64,000 bases of DNA from Felis catus (GCF_018350175.1 NC_058369.1:14014001-14078000), one strand, 5' to 3'; positions 1 to 21,090 are shown, counted from the first letter of the stretch. Notes: generated by a model from the letters alone, not told the origin. A program made the numbers and translations.

Positions 1-2850
1 GGCCTGGATGCTCAGCCCACATGAAGTCAGAGGCTAGGCCTGTCTGTCCCCCCACTGCTGCCCCCTGAGTGCTCCTGATTTCAGTCCCCTACAGCTGTGC
101 GAATTTCTGCCCCAGGAACACAAACCGAACAGTGTGTTCCCACCTGCCTCAGTTTACCCTCTGTCCTCCAAGCCCCCAGGGCAATGAGTTTATTACCCCC
201 ACAGAGGCTTGTGGGCCAAAGTAGAGCCCGGGATCAGCCCCTCTCTGTGTCCTTCAGAGAAGAGGGTTTATGCCACCACCCATCACAGTCACCCCCCACA
301 CACAGTGTCCAGGGCTGATGTGGGGGAGGAGAAGGGGTCTTGTCGGGATCGTGTTCCCTGTCACAGGTACCCATGCCAACCTCCTTCCCCACTATGTCCT
401 TACCAGGGAGAAAACAGGCAGCACTCTTCGGGGGCATCCCGCATTCCCCCCACCCCCACCCCCACCATTCTCCTCACATGCCCTGCTTCCTTCTGACATA
501 CTTCTGGGCAGGAAGCGGTGGGGGTGGGCTGGGGCGGCCCCTTGGGGCAAGAGGCCCTGAAACCCTCAGTGGAAAGCTCAGGGGGCAAGTTGACCCTTTA
601 GCAAAATTTAGGGGCCACAGCTGACAGTATCCAAAAACTGTCTACACTCTCCTGTGGGGGATAAGCCAGAGAAGGAGCCCTAATTGTGGTGGGTCCAGTC
701 CCCCCTGCCATTGCTGTCCATAGGACTCCCTGGGACTAGCAAGGCCTAAGGGGAGGGCAGCCGTGTGTGTTTGGGGCCTTTCCCCAGCAGCACCTCCACC
801 CAGACCTCCCTGCTGGCTTCTGAGCCACCTGCCTGCCCCAAGGGTGTGCACTGAGCGCAGGGGTCCCGAGACACTCAGGCTGGCCTTTGCAGCCTCTTTC
901 TGCTCTTGTCTACTTGTGGGTTTGGGGGGGCTGGGAAAGGAGGGTTCTGATGTCTGTGTGTTTGGCATGATTTCTTTGGGCGGCTGAGCTCCCCGGAGGA
1001 TGCCTAGCCGAGTGGGCCCTGTGGTGAGGCCCGTGTGTCATAGTGGGGCAGATGAGAATGGACCTCGAACACTCTGAGACCCCACACGGAGGGTGAGAGG
1101 CTCTGTGTCCATCCGTGTGTCCAGCGGTGGGTGTCCAGTTTTTGAGCCGTATGCCAAGTGCTAGCTGTGGCCCGGTCAGGATGGGAGCAGGCGCCGGGTC
1201 TTTGGGGGGCTGAGCGGGGCTCAAGCAGTAGAGACTGCCTTCCCCACCGTCCAGCATCCTGGGCCCAATGAGCCCCCATGAGGGACTATCCTTAGAGGGG
1301 CCCCCAGGGCAGCCGAGGACACATGGGAACGCGCCCCCTCCCCAGACCTCCACATCTCAGCCGACCCTGAGCTGGTTCATGACCAAGCATCCTTCCAAAC
1401 TCCCAGCCCCATCTGGATTCTGGGTTTTCTGCATTTCCAAAGAAAGCATCCCCACTCCTAGGTACAGTCTGGGTGTGGTAAGGCCTGGCGGTTATTGGGG
1501 AGCCCTCCACTCCCCACCCCCAGTCCTGACAAAGCAGCACCTGCACCCACCACCCTCACTGGGTTCTGATGGACCTGTAGGTAGAGGCCACAGAGGCTCT
1601 CGTTGTGGGGGTAGGGTAGGGGGGCCACAAGGTCAAGGGTATCCGGTGCCCCTGGTCTTGACCCATCACCCCTGCAGGTGATGCTCCAGGAGAGGGAGCT
1701 GTGGCCCCCTGAGCCCTTCCCACTTGGCTTGCAGAACTGTGGGGAGGACTGTGTGCCTCCCCCCACTGCTGGAGGCCTGCCCGGGGTGAGTGGGCAGCTA
1801 GGTCTGTTTCTGCTCCCGTTCTCCTTGGAACCTGTGCCTCCACCTTCTGGGGGTCTCACAGTGTGTGACTAGGGGTTCCTGGTACACTCCTCCATCAGGC
1901 CCTGCCCTACCATCTCAGCCTGAGCTGACTCTCCTTGGTTTCTCTTGGCCTTTGGCCTCCAAGGTTCCTGGTTGGGTGGGGCTCAGTGCCCTTTCATAAC
2001 CCTTAGCCACAGGCAACTGGCCACAGACACATTCTCTCCAAAGTGGCCACTCCCAGGAGAGGGAGATGGGGTAACCTGTATCCCCAGGCCTGGGCGCCGG
2101 GATACTCTTCAAAGGCATTGGCGGGGGGTGGGGGTGGGGGTGGGGCGGCGGTGAGAAAAAGACCCTTGTGACCTGGGCCTCAGTTTCCCTCTTGTCACTG
2201 ACTCAGACCCATGGGTCTCGGGCCTCAGGGTCCTCCCCGACAGGGTGGGGGCTAAGGTCTGGACATCAGAGTGATGCTGGCTCCAAATAGTTCTTTCCAC
2301 CTGCCCTCTTGGCCAGCCCTCAACACCCCGTCCCAAGATGCCAGGGACATGTGGCACATGCAGGGCGTGGTGTTGCCCCCATCTCGCAGGGCTCTGGACT
2401 CTGGGGCCAATCAGTGCCCAGCCCATCCTAGCCCATCACTTCTGACCTCTTGTCCACTCGGGACAAGTGGACACAGCTGTGGCCTTTGCCACCAGTCCCT
2501 GAGAGGGAGGGCTTTGGCAGCCAAGGTCCACTGGCCCCGCTGTGCCCCCCCCCATAGGAAACTGCCCCCCAAGGGGCTGGGCGGCACCACTGATATATGC
2601 AAACCTGCCGGTCCAAGCCCTGCTCCACCTGTTTCCCTCTGTCCCCAGGCTGGCTCTGCCCCTGCCCCCAGCATGTACACTCTGCTGTGGATGTCCGTGG
2701 GCCGTGGGTTGGGTGCCCACGGTGGGTGGGGGCGGGCGGCTCAGGGCGCACTCGGCCGGCCCCTGCCCATCCTCTCTGGCGTGGACGCTTTTGTCTTTGT
2801 ACCTTTGCATCCTTTGTAATGAAACATAATAAAAATCCAATGTTTTCGTC
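1..2850 (+). other. Distal 3' UTR of a convergent upstream gene, probably CRTC1
   Basis: No spliceable coding signal; ends with UGUA motifs, AATAAA 2828-2833 and a pyrimidine-rich downstream tract. The CRTC1 name rests only on recalled mammalian synteny CRTC1-COMP-UPF1. Confidence 0.55.
2828..2833 (+). terminator. Polyadenylation signal AATAAA of the upstream convergent gene
   Basis: tgtaatgaaacatAATAAAaatccaatgttttcgt. Confidence 0.65.
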
Positions 2851-2947
2851 CCTGCCTCCTCTCCTTTTTTCCTGCCCCTTCCCCTACACTGGGGATGGAA
2901 CGTGGGCCAGTAGGTATATCAAGTGGGAGCCACACACGGGCCCCCCG

Positions 2948-2948
<1 letters not shown>

Positions 2949-2979
<31 letters not shown>
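2949..2979. repeat. (CA)n microsatellite
   Basis: About 15 CA units seen directly. Confidence 0.95.
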
Positions 2980-2981
<2 letters not shown>

Positions 2982-3175
2982 ACGTGGACACCCAGGTGTG
3001 AGCCCCTCACCCCCACCCCTAGCCAGCTAGTTGGGCCTATTGCCTGGAAGGGGAGGGACCCCAGGATCCTGGGGGCAGGCACTCAGTGGTGGGGATCCAG
3101 CCCTGTGACCTCAAGTGGGTAGGATGCAGTGGCAGGCCCGGGGCCTCCCCAGTCAGTGCTGGACACTCCTAGTCA

Positions 3176-10901
<7,726 letters not shown>

Positions 10902-10961
10902 GGCGGCGGCGGGGAGCTGGACTGCAGCTCGCTCTCTGCTGCCCACGAGGCCCGCGGGGCG

Positions 10962-10969
10962 TATTTATC
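10962..10969 (-). promoter_or_regulatory. COMP: TATA-like box GATAAATA of COMP
   Basis: Only AT-rich island in GC context, ~60 nt upstream of the ATG. Confidence 0.65.
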
Positions 10970-11759
10970 CCGGCGGCTCAGCCGGCTCCGGGGACGGCCC
11001 ACCCGCGGCCCTGCCCAGCGTCCAGCCGCAAGGTAAACAGATGGCGCTGGCCTCTGCGTTCGAGGCCCCGCCCGGTGTTGCTGAACCCGGACACGGCGGG
11101 GAAACTGAGTCACGGGGAGCCGGGGTAGGGGTCGATAGGGCAGGGAGTCCAGGGGGACCACCCTCCAGCCCTCTCTCTCACTTCTCTATTGAGTGCCTGC
11201 TGTATGCCAAGATTGGGACCTAACTGAGTACGAAGCAATCCGCACGGCGGCTCCCCTCAGCTCACAGCTGGGGAACCAGTCAAGAGACGCTAAAAGTTAG
11301 GACCCCCACCCCCGACTCTGCTTTCAGTCAGGCCGACTGGCCCTCCACTCCGTCTTCACTTGCTTCAAAATGAGGCAAATGACATCTCTCTGTGCCTGTT
11401 TCCATCCCCAGCAGAGGAGTGCGCAAGTTAAAGGGCTCCAGCTGGAGGAGGTCTGAGGGGGGTGGCCAGGACTTCTGTTTGCGGAGACTTCGCCATACCT
11501 TCCGAGCTCCGCTCCAGCTGCTGTGGGAACAGCCTGTAATAAAAATAAAAATTACTTCTAATCAGGAAAATCGTCCCCTCCCAGCTCAGCCTCGCTCCTG
11601 AGCTACAAAACACTTTGACTTTCTGGAGTTAACCCTCTCCACCCGCTTTCCAAGTGCTCAAAGCCTCTGTCGTATGGATCAGAACGCTGAGGCCCAGAGA
11701 GGGGAAGTGGCTAGCCCAAGGCCACCGCAAGGGGCAAGGGTGAAATCAGAGAGGTTCCA

Positions 11760-12420
11760 GAGAAGTCACTAAGGGCTTCCCGGAGGAGGTGGAAGGGAAG
11801 GCTAAAGGAAAAGAAGGACTCAGATCAGCAGAGCGAAGTGAAGACAGTTCTGACATAGTGAAGCACGTGTGGCTTGGGGAGGGGGGCGTTTCAGACACAT
11901 CGACTTACTCCACAAACACACATTGAACACCTACCGTGTGTCACGTCCTGCGCTGGACTCTTGACACAGGACGAACAAGCCAGAGGGGGCCCCTTCCTCT
12001 AGGGGAGCCCACGTTGGTGGGGAGGCCGCTTGCATAATCACCCAAAGGGGCCAGAGCTGTGATGGGGATACACGGAGAGCAGTGGGAGCTCCAACAAGGT
12101 GCTGGACCCAGCCCGGTGTGTGGGGGAATCTGGGTAGGCTTCTCAGAGGAGGAGGAAATGCTAAACTGGGACCAGGAAGGTGAGGAGAACATGGCCAGGC
12201 AAAATAAATAAATAAATAAATAAAATGGTGGTAGGCATTCCAGGTAGAACAGAATATGTGAAGATTCCGAGACAGAGAGGAGTCTGGTCTGTTACCAGGA
12301 ATGATCTCAGGGTGGAGAGATGTTGGGGCTCAGGAGATGCAGTGCCAGTGGCGTGGAGCTCCGGCTGTCCTCAAGGGCAATAGGGAGCCACAGAGGGTGA
12401 GGGAGGAGGAGCGGGCCTGG
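11760..12420 (-). mobile_element. Degenerate L2 LINE fragment
   Basis: cacattgaacacctaccgtgtgtcacgtcctgcgctgg resembles the reverse-complement L2 3' end. Confidence 0.5.
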
Positions 12421-13027
12421 TGGGGAGGCTGGGTGGGAACAGTCAGCCCCAACCTGGGCATTTCTAGCGAAGCCTGTGCCCTGACAGTGCCCACCTTGCC
12501 TGCTGCCTGCGGCCGGGCCATGAGCTCACCTCCTGTTTTCCTTGGCGTCCAGCACACCTGGGGGCCGCTCCCGGCCGGCACTGGAATTCTTGGGAAAACC
12601 ACAAACTCCGGCGGGGCCTGTGGGCTTGCGTGCGCCTCATGCAGCTGAGACAAGAGCACATGGAAACCAGGCCCCTGCCACAGGCTGGGCACGGGGGCTG
12701 AGACTTGGACACACGTGGCCTTGTTCATGGCCAGGCCACGGGGAGATGCGGGGAAGGGCATTCCGGGCAGGGGGAACGGCAAAGGCAGAGGTCCTGAGGA
12801 TGTCCCAGCCTGCAGATCAAACAACAGGGGCCCAGGGACGAGCAGTCTGGGTTCGTGTTCCTTCCTCCTGGATCTCGCCAACCCTGAGATCCCCCGTCCG
12901 GCAGTGGCTCCTTCTCTCATGCACACCACACACGGCCTCACATTACAGAATAACTTTCTCTACGTGTCCTTCCGAGTCTTTGCACCCACTGCTCCCCCTG
13001 GCCCCAAATACCTTCTTCCATCCTTCG

Positions 13028-13254
13028 GGGGCGCCTGGGCGGCCTCAGTCGGTTGAGCGGCAGACTTTCGGCTCAGGTCAGGATGTCACAGTTCACGAGT
13101 TTGAACCCGACGCTGGGCTGACAGCTCGGAGCCCGGAGCCTGCTTTGGATTCTGTGTCTCCTCTCTCTGCCCCTCCCCCACTCACGCTCGGTCTCTCTCT
13201 CTCTCTCTCTCTCTCACTCTCAAAAAGAAATAAATAAACATTAAAAAAAAAAAA
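13028..13254 (+). mobile_element. SINEC_Fc (Can-SINE)
   Basis: ggggcgcctgg head, CT tract, A tail. Confidence 0.92.
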
Positions 13255-13435
13255 AGACACTTGGGCTCCTTCTTCCATCCTTCAAGTCTGGGCTCTGATG
13301 CCCCCTCTTCCGTGAAGCCCTCCCAGCTCTTCCTGGGCAGGGCTCAGGGGCTGGTGGCTGGCTGTATGACAGCCGTCTGGGACCCCTGGCAGACTATTGG
13401 CAGAGAAGGTTGGGATGCCCTGACTCTGGGAACTG

Positions 13436-13440
<5 letters not shown>

Positions 13441-13472
<32 letters not shown>
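13441..13472. repeat. (GT)16 microsatellite
   Basis: Seen directly. Confidence 0.95.
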
Positions 13473-13474
<2 letters not shown>

Positions 13475-13485
13475 AGTGTTTATTT

Positions 13486-13705
13486 AAAAAAAATTTTTTT
13501 TTCAACATTTATTTATTTTTGGGACAGAGAGAGACAGAGCATGAACGGGGGAGGGGCAGAGAGAGAGGGAGACACAGAATCGGAAACAGGCTCCAGGCTC
13601 TGAGCCATCAGCCCAGAGCCCGACGCGGGGCTCGAACTCACGGACCGCGAGATCGTGACCTGGCTGAAGTCGGACGCCTAACTGACTGTGCCACCCAGGC
13701 ACCCC
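13486..13705 (-). mobile_element. Young SINEC_Fc inserted in the tail of an older SINE
   Basis: TSD tagtgtttattt at 13474-13485 and 13706-13717. Confidence 0.93.
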
Positions 13706-13892
13706 TAGTGTTTATTTTTTAGAGAGAGAGAGTCCAAGCTGGGGAGGAACAGAGAGAGAGGGAGACACAGAATCTGAAGCAGGCTCTGAGCTGTCAGCAC
13801 AGAGCCCGATGTGGGGCTCGAACTCCCGAACCGTGAGATCACGACCTGAGCCGAAGTTGGACGCGTAACCGACTGAGCCCCCCGGGCGCCCC
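13706..13892 (-). mobile_element. Older SINEC_Fc
   Basis: Reverse-complement SINE body ending gggcgcccc. Confidence 0.9.
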
Positions 13893-14069
13893 GGGATTGT
13901 CTGTGTTTTGTTCTGTTTCTCACAGCCTGGGGATCTCCCGGTTCAGAGAGAGAAGGGGCTGGCGAGCTGTGAAGTTACCTACTAGGATTAGCATATCATG
14001 TGCTTATTCCTTATCATTAGTGGAACATCATTACTATTAATAATAGTTGTAACTGACACCACTGTACTT

Positions 14070-14230
14070 TAGGACAGACTTGGGGGACACATGGTCTAGG
14101 TTCAAACGTTGGCTGGGCACAGCCTTGCTGTGTGACTTCGGGCAAGTTGCATGATCCCTCTGTGCCTCGCTTAGAAAACGGGAGCGATCGGTGTTGAGAG
14201 AATTGAATGAGCTACCGTGTGTGCCCGACG
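14070..14230 (+). mobile_element. MIR fragment
   Basis: gctgtgtgacttcgggcaagttg...ctctgtgcctcg core. Confidence 0.6.
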
Positions 14231-16811
14231 TCTGGCTGCGGTATTAGCCTTGCCATACAATATGGAACTTACACACTGTCACTTATACCTCAAATTGTCC
14301 TTATTCACATTTTCCGTAGAAAAGAGACGAGACAGCTCGAGGTCACACAGCAGGAATTAGAACTGGGGAAGGCGGGACCCCTAAGGCCTTCACACCCCCC
14401 TCATTGCCCTTGGCCACAGAATCCAGACGAGAAATGCTGGCCCAGGCCCCTCATTAGCTGTGAAGATTCTGCTGCCCAGGACCTCCTGGCCCGAGCCTTT
14501 CTTTGGCTGGCGCCCCAGCCAGCTCCCCTTCCCATCACACCAGACCCAGTGGTTCCGGGAGCCTGGCCAGGCTGGGGCAGAGGGGCTGGTGCCTGTGTGA
14601 TGGGGCCCCGGGGCCCTTCCTGGCAGGGGTTTGCCGGGCCAGGAGACATGCGGGCGCCCCCAGCTCACCCAGCCGCCTCTCCTCGTGAATCCAGAGGGAA
14701 AGTATGTCGGGAAGGCAGCTGCCCTGCCCTGGGCGGGCCCCGGCCACAGGCCCAGGGTCTGGGGAATTCATCAGGGCAGTGAGGGAAGCCATTTGGCCAC
14801 TGCTACATCCATAACTGAGGAGCCTGACCCAGCCTGCCTCGGACGGCCCCACTGGACCCACCTCTCCAGAAGGACCAAGGAGTTGGGGGCGCGGGAATGG
14901 GCGCCAGGGGGACATCCAGGCACTGGAGCCGGGCAGACCCACCCTGCCTTGCACTGTGAACTTCAAGAAGCCCTGCCTACACTCCCACTTTCCATCTGCC
15001 CCAACCCTGTCCCCGTACATCCCAGGTTCCCAGGAAGGTGACGATAGAGAGAGAACAATAAATAGAGTGGCTACAATTTTATTGAGCAGGTGCCAAACGT
15101 TCAAAAGCCTTGCCATGCCACTTTTGTGGGGTTCCCCTCTCTGCTCCCCCTTTCCCAGCCCCGGGAGGCAGGAACTCATCACCACAGGGGGCAGCAGGGC
15201 ACAGTGATGAAGGTCCTGTTCTCTGGCATGGGGACCGTGAGTTTCATACCCCAGCTCTGCTGTGAGGCCTGAGGCAGGTTGCTTAACTTGCCTGTGCCTC
15301 AGTTTCTTCTTTTTCCTTTCCTTTTTTGGGGGGGGGAGGCGGGGGGGGTGGAGAGGGAGAAGAGCCACGTTCAAACGCTTATTATAATGTAAATGTTTAA
15401 GTCTCAAGGTCAGCCAGCGTACTGAAGAGTTGCTACAAGAGAGAAAGAGCGTCACTAAGAACCTGCTGGAATTTACCAACGGCGGCATTCAATGGGTACT
15501 GATTTTAGAGAATGAAATTACACAGGCGTTATTTTCATAAGTTTCCGGAGATAGCTGTGGAAGGGGCAAATGACCCCCCCCCCCGCCCTTCTCTCCTTTC
15601 CTCTGACATTTAATGAGAGTTTTGTAGGTAGTAGTAAAACAGACCTGTGTCTGTGTTACGGGGAGAGAGACCGCCTGTGTGGCTAACTACACAAGTTTTG
15701 TTCTTTCTCTCTCTCTGTCTGTTTAATGAAGTGGCGAATGGAAATACCGAAACTTTTGCACACCTTAACAGGAGCAGTAAAAACCCAGATGAGATGGGGG
15801 GACAAGAGCCCCCCACATCTTAGGGTCGTCACCAGAAGTAAGTTGCTCCATAAAAAGTGAAGACTTTTCCACGGTGGCAGTCATTAATGCCCCACTCTAC
15901 AGATGGGCAAACGGAGGCTCAGGGAGGCAGGTCTGTCCTGTCGCCTCGATTTGGGCACTGGATGCTCAGAGAAGGAAGTCACACGCTCCCCTCCCCGTGA
16001 AGGCTGTAGGGAGAGGGTCCCCCACCCAGGGTTCTGCAGCTGTCTGGGGACGATGGGTGGGTGGGCAGCAGGGGGCACAGGAACCAGAGCCCTGATCCCG
16101 ATTCCTCATTCTCCGTCCTCCTGCCCCTCTCTGGCCCCCACCCCAGCTCATTAACAGGAGGCCCTTGTTCAGGTCAGTGATGGATGGGGCAGGAGGCCGA
16201 GGGCGGGGTGTGTTTACTTACCGGCTGCCTGGCAGGCAGAGGCCCAGACCAGGGCATGGGCCAGTGGGGGAGGGAGGTTATTGGGAGGGGAGGAGCCCCA
16301 GCCCCAGTGTGGGAAGACTGGCACACAATGGGGGCCAAATAAATGATTATCGATCAGTGGGGTGAAAGCAAATAATTTCAGCCACCATACAGACCCTTTG
16401 CCTCGTAGCCAGCAGGGAGGAGGTGCTCTCCGATTCTCGGCCCCGAGGTGGGCGGCCTTGAGGGTGGACAAGTGCATACAGTGGCCCGGAGCGCTTGCCG
16501 CACAGAAGTAGGAGCCGGCTGGGCCAGAGGAAACGGAGACTAGGGGTCAGGGAAGCCACCGTGGGGGGATGTTGGTGCCAAGGCCGGGGCAGATGAATGG
16601 GTTCCGGCTGATGAGGGGCACCCAGCAGAGGGCACAGCAGAGGCAAAAGCCCAGAGGCGGGACGAGCCTGATGCACTGGAGGTTCACGGAGGAGGCAGGT
16701 GTGGCTGGAACAGAGGGGTGAGGGAGCAGTGGAGGGGGAGGAGGGCTGGAACACAGGAAGGGGTGTGGTGTCCCTGCGCAGGGACAGAGCCATGAGCCAT
16801 GTTTGCAGTCC

Positions 16812-17045
16812 ATGGGTGAATAGGTGGATGGATGGAAGGATAGATAGATGGATGGATGGGTGGACAGATAGAAGGATGATGAGTGGATGGGCGGGTAGAT
16901 GAGTAGATGGATGGATGGATGGATGGATGGATGGAATGACTGGGTGGATGGATGGATTGCCAGACAGATGGGTGGGCAGATGCATGGAGGAGTGAGTGGA
17001 TAGGTGGGTGGGTGGGTGAATAGTTGGATGGGTCGGTGGGTGGCT
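16812..17045. repeat. Degenerate (GGAT)n/(GGGT)n simple repeat
   Basis: Seen directly. Confidence 0.9.
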
Positions 17046-19149
17046 GGCGGGCTGGACCCCCAGGAACCTCTCTGGCTCTGTGGCCACCCCATTCAGAGAT
17101 CACTAAGAGTCAATGAGAGAATGAAATTGAAGCACACAGTAGGAGCTTTTTGTCCATTCTCTGCCCCCTTTGCCTTACATGAGACAAAGGGGAGGTGAAC
17201 AGTTAGCCTTCAGCCCGGCCTCACTGGCTGCCTCTCTGTGCCTCTTACTTTGAGGCTTTTCCCCACCTCAGGACCTTTGCATAGGCTGTGCCTTCTGCCT
17301 GGAGCACTCTTCCTTTACCTGGCTGACCCCTACTTACCCTGACTTAAAGGTCACTCCTTTAGGCCAGACCAGGCTCTCTGCGTGTCCATATTCCTGCGCC
17401 ACAGAGGGAGACTGAGGTTTAATAAAACCCTCCAGGAATGGCCAGACCATAGCAACCGTCAGCATACTCTGAGCGGGAGTTGTAGAACAGTGACAAGCAC
17501 ATGGAGCCCTCTGGAAAAGGGGTGATGTCAGTGTTGCTGTTGGTCCACATGGTGCTAAGTGCGGGGGGGGGGGTCACTGGAACACCCACCCCTTGAGGCT
17601 TCCTGAGTCTATTTCCCACTGGGTTGAATAACTCACCTTTTCCTAGAGCCGTGAAGTTGCAAATAATCCAAGAGTCATGGACCACAGAACAAGGAAACAC
17701 AGAACTGAGGGACGAAGTCATAACAGCATGGGTTGATGGGGCCGTGGGACCACAGTCTGCTAAAGCCGTAGGATCGTGGGGACCCTCGAGCCACGGGGCT
17801 ATGATGGTGCGGAGCCACAGACCTAGGGTGACGTGGCTACCATTCAATGAAAACACACAGCCGTAGGAAGCCACAGGACCCCAGGGAGGCTGAGACATGG
17901 CACTGGGGCATCCCACATCTGAGGTGCCACAGGAAGGAGTCTCCGAGTTGACCCTAACAGAACCTCCCTCTTGGCCATACCCTCACCTGTCGGCTGCCCA
18001 AGGATGCCCCGGGAGGCCCACGGGAGCTCCGAGGCCCTTTCTTCCCCAGCTCTGGAGCAGCCACAGGAGAGAAGGGCCACGCCACTGCCGACGCCCGGAG
18101 CCCGCCAGCCGCCACTCAGTGAGTGCTTGTCTCAGGGCCAAGTGAGGCTGTCCAGGTGCCCAGAAACAGTGCCAGCCTCCGGCCAGGCGCGCCGGAACGC
18201 TGAGTGCTGGGCAACAAGTGGAAAAAGAGTCAAGGAGTGACTTCTACATCCATATCCTTTCGGAAGCCAACAGCAACACGGCACGGAGGGGAGGCTGTAC
18301 CCTGTACCCTGGCTGCATCCCCCTCCGGGTGGCAGTAAACTGGTAAGCTGTCCCCCCTCCCTCCCCCACCCCCAGCACCCGCCTCTGCCCATGCCAGCAG
18401 TCCTAGCCCAGCTCGGATTCCACCAGGCACATCCATGTATTAATGAGCTCCCCTGAGACAGCAGCTATGCACCCAGCAGACGCTGCACCTGATACCCAGA
18501 ACAGCCAGTCTGTTTTGGAGAGGGGAAACTGAGGCCCAGAAGTAGAAACCGCAGGACCAGGATCACAGAGGGCCGGAGCCAAGACTTGAACCCACAGCTA
18601 TCAGAGGCGAGGTGCGAGCTCATCAGCACCCAGCTGGGCTGCCTCTTGGGGCCCCAGCCACCCTCCTCCTGAGGCCCCAGCAGTCTGCTTCCAAAAGTGG
18701 CACCGCATGGAAGGCAGGAACGTGGGCCTCCTCCATTTCTTCCCTTCGCTGAGCTCAGAACATCTTGCTCACAGGCCCGTGATGGGCAATGAAACATCCC
18801 CATAGTGAGTCCATACTGGGACCTGTTGTGGCTGGCATGGCGGGACCTTGCCCCCTCTCCTCTTATAGATGGGACAGCAGAGGGCCAGGGAGTGGGGTTT
18901 GGCCCTTCCTGAGGCCCCCAGCACCTTCGGTGAGGCTCTTCTCCTCATGAGGGGGACGTGGGCAAGAACAAACACAGCCGACTTTCTGAAACGCCAAGTT
19001 TTAGGCAGAGAGAGAGCCCATTTCTTGCTGCCTTACCTCAACGGCAGGGCTGCCTTCAGGCATGGCTGGATCTAGAACTCCAAACGAAGCCTCCAGGATC
19101 TCTCTGCCAGCTGCCTTCTTCTTCCTTTAAAAAAAAAAAAAAAAAAAAA

Positions 19150-19930
19150 AAAGAATTGTGGTAAAATACACATGACGTAAAATGTATCATTTCGACGTTC
19201 TAAAGTGTACAATTTAGTGGGTTTTCGTACCTCCACGATGCCATGCGATAATCCCTTCTATCTATTTCAGAACATTTTCATTTCCTCCCAAAAGGAAACC
19301 TGGTACCCATTAGCAGGCACCCCTCCCCCCATACCCCTCTCCCAGCCCCTGGCAACCGCTAATCTGTTTTCTGTCCCTATGGATTTGCCTGTTCTAGACA
19401 TTTCCCATAAACAGAATCATACAACATGTGTCCTTTTGTGTCTGGCTTCTCTCACTGAGCGCGTCCTCAAGGTTCATCCGTGTGGCGGCAGGTATCAGAG
19501 CCTCATTCCTTTTTATTGCCTAAATAGCATTTGATCGTCCGCATAGACCGCGTTTTGTTTATCCATTCTCCAGCTGACGGACGTCTGGGTTTGTTGGACT
19601 TTTTTTTTTTTTTTTTTTTTTGCAATTGCGAATAACGAATGCCCGGAACGTGTCTGTGCAAAGTTTTGTTTGGATACCTGTTTTCAGTTCTCTTGAGTCT
19701 CCTGCCTGAGCGTGAGATTTCCTGGGTTCTACAACGCGATGCTTAATTTTCTGAGGAGCTGCCACACTATTTTCCACGGTGGCCGCGCCACTTGACGAGC
19801 CCCGCCAGCCATTCGCGAGGGTTCCAGTTTATCCACTTCCTTGCCAACACTCGCTTTCAGGCTTGTGATTATGGCCATCCTAGCGGGTGTGAGGTGGTAT
19901 CTCCTCGTAGCTCTGATTTGCACCTCCCTG
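19150..19930 (-). mobile_element. Old L1 3' fragment (L1M-type)
   Basis: cccctggcaaccgctaatctg...gtgaggtggtatctc...gatttgca, typical antisense L1 3' end. Confidence 0.8.
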
Positions 19931-20870
19931 GTCGGTGCTCTTCAGGCCCCTTGGGGCAGCAAGGTGGGCCAGGCTTACATTGGTCCCAGCCAAGGTCTGG
20001 AGGAAACAGAGCATCTTTCCTCTGATAGGCCCAGCGGGTCTCAGGGCTGACTCTCATTGGCCCAGCTCGCGTCCCATCCCTCCCCGAGCCAATCACTGTG
20101 GTCTGGGCTGAGCCGGCCTCTCTAGGTGTGAGTGCGTGTTCCTAGGGGTGGCGGTGAGCCCCTCCTGGATGCCACTCTGAGTAGGCAAACGGTAGAGACT
20201 GGATCCCCCACCCCTCACTCTTGCCGCCGTGGGCTTTCTGGATCCCAGGCTGTTAGGCTTGACCTGCTTTAATGGGGACGACCCTGGCGGTGTGCCAAGT
20301 CCTCGTCCTCCACCTCCATCTCCAATCGCTGTCAGAGGCCCTTCTTGCTGTCCTCTGCCCTTGGGAAGGGGGACAGTCCCAGATCTGACCCAGGTAGGGT
20401 GCCGGAAGGGTGCCGCCGAGGGCGGCTCCAGGCCCCGTCAAGGCCCTTCCCTGCTCTGGTGGCCTCTTGACCTCTCCCGGGTACCAGGCAACCTTGAACA
20501 TCACCGGAAACGGGCTTTGCCCAGAACGGCTGCACCGCCAGTCTGTTATTTCCCAATGGCTGGCGAATAGTGGAGGAGCCCACAGGAGGGGCCTTCTCAC
20601 ACCATCACCAGTTCCAAGGCAGCTCAAATGACGTTTGGCTCCCTTGCTCCCAGCCCTGCCTCAAGCCCCAAAGGGCTGAAATGGGAAAATGTCCAATTGA
20701 AGGGAATCATTAAGATCAGGTTGGTGACCATGATCCAGAGCTGGGAGGGAGGGAGGCAGGGAGCCCAGAGAGGGTAAGACACTTGCCCAGGACCACACAG
20801 TCAACACGAGGCGGATCTGATTCCAATCTCTACCTTCCACCCCCACCCCTTTTAAAAAAAAATTAGCTTT

Positions 20871-21090
20871 GGGGCGCCTGGGTGGCTCAGTCGGTTAAGC
20901 GTCTGACTTCGGCTCAGGTCATGATCTCACGGTCTGTGAGTTCAAGCCCCGCGTCAGGTTCTGTACTGACAGCTCGGAGCCTGGAGCCTGCTTCGGATTC
21001 TGTGTCTCCCTCTCTCTCTGCTCCTTGCCCGCTCACGCTCTGTCTGTGTCTCTCTCGAAGTAAATAAGCATTAAAAATTAAAAAAAAAAT
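20871..21090 (+). mobile_element. SINEC_Fc
   Basis: Full head, body and A tail. Confidence 0.92.

Noticed and set aside
13028..13110. tRNA-like A/B boxes at SINE heads throughout the window
   Set aside because: tRNA-derived Can-SINE promoters, not tRNA genes
14535..15488. 317-aa minus-strand ORF upstream of COMP
   Set aside because: Crosses a MIR fragment and homopolymer runs; no domain or splice support
16347..17103. His/Pro-rich ORFs
   Set aside because: Translations of the (GGAT)n simple repeat
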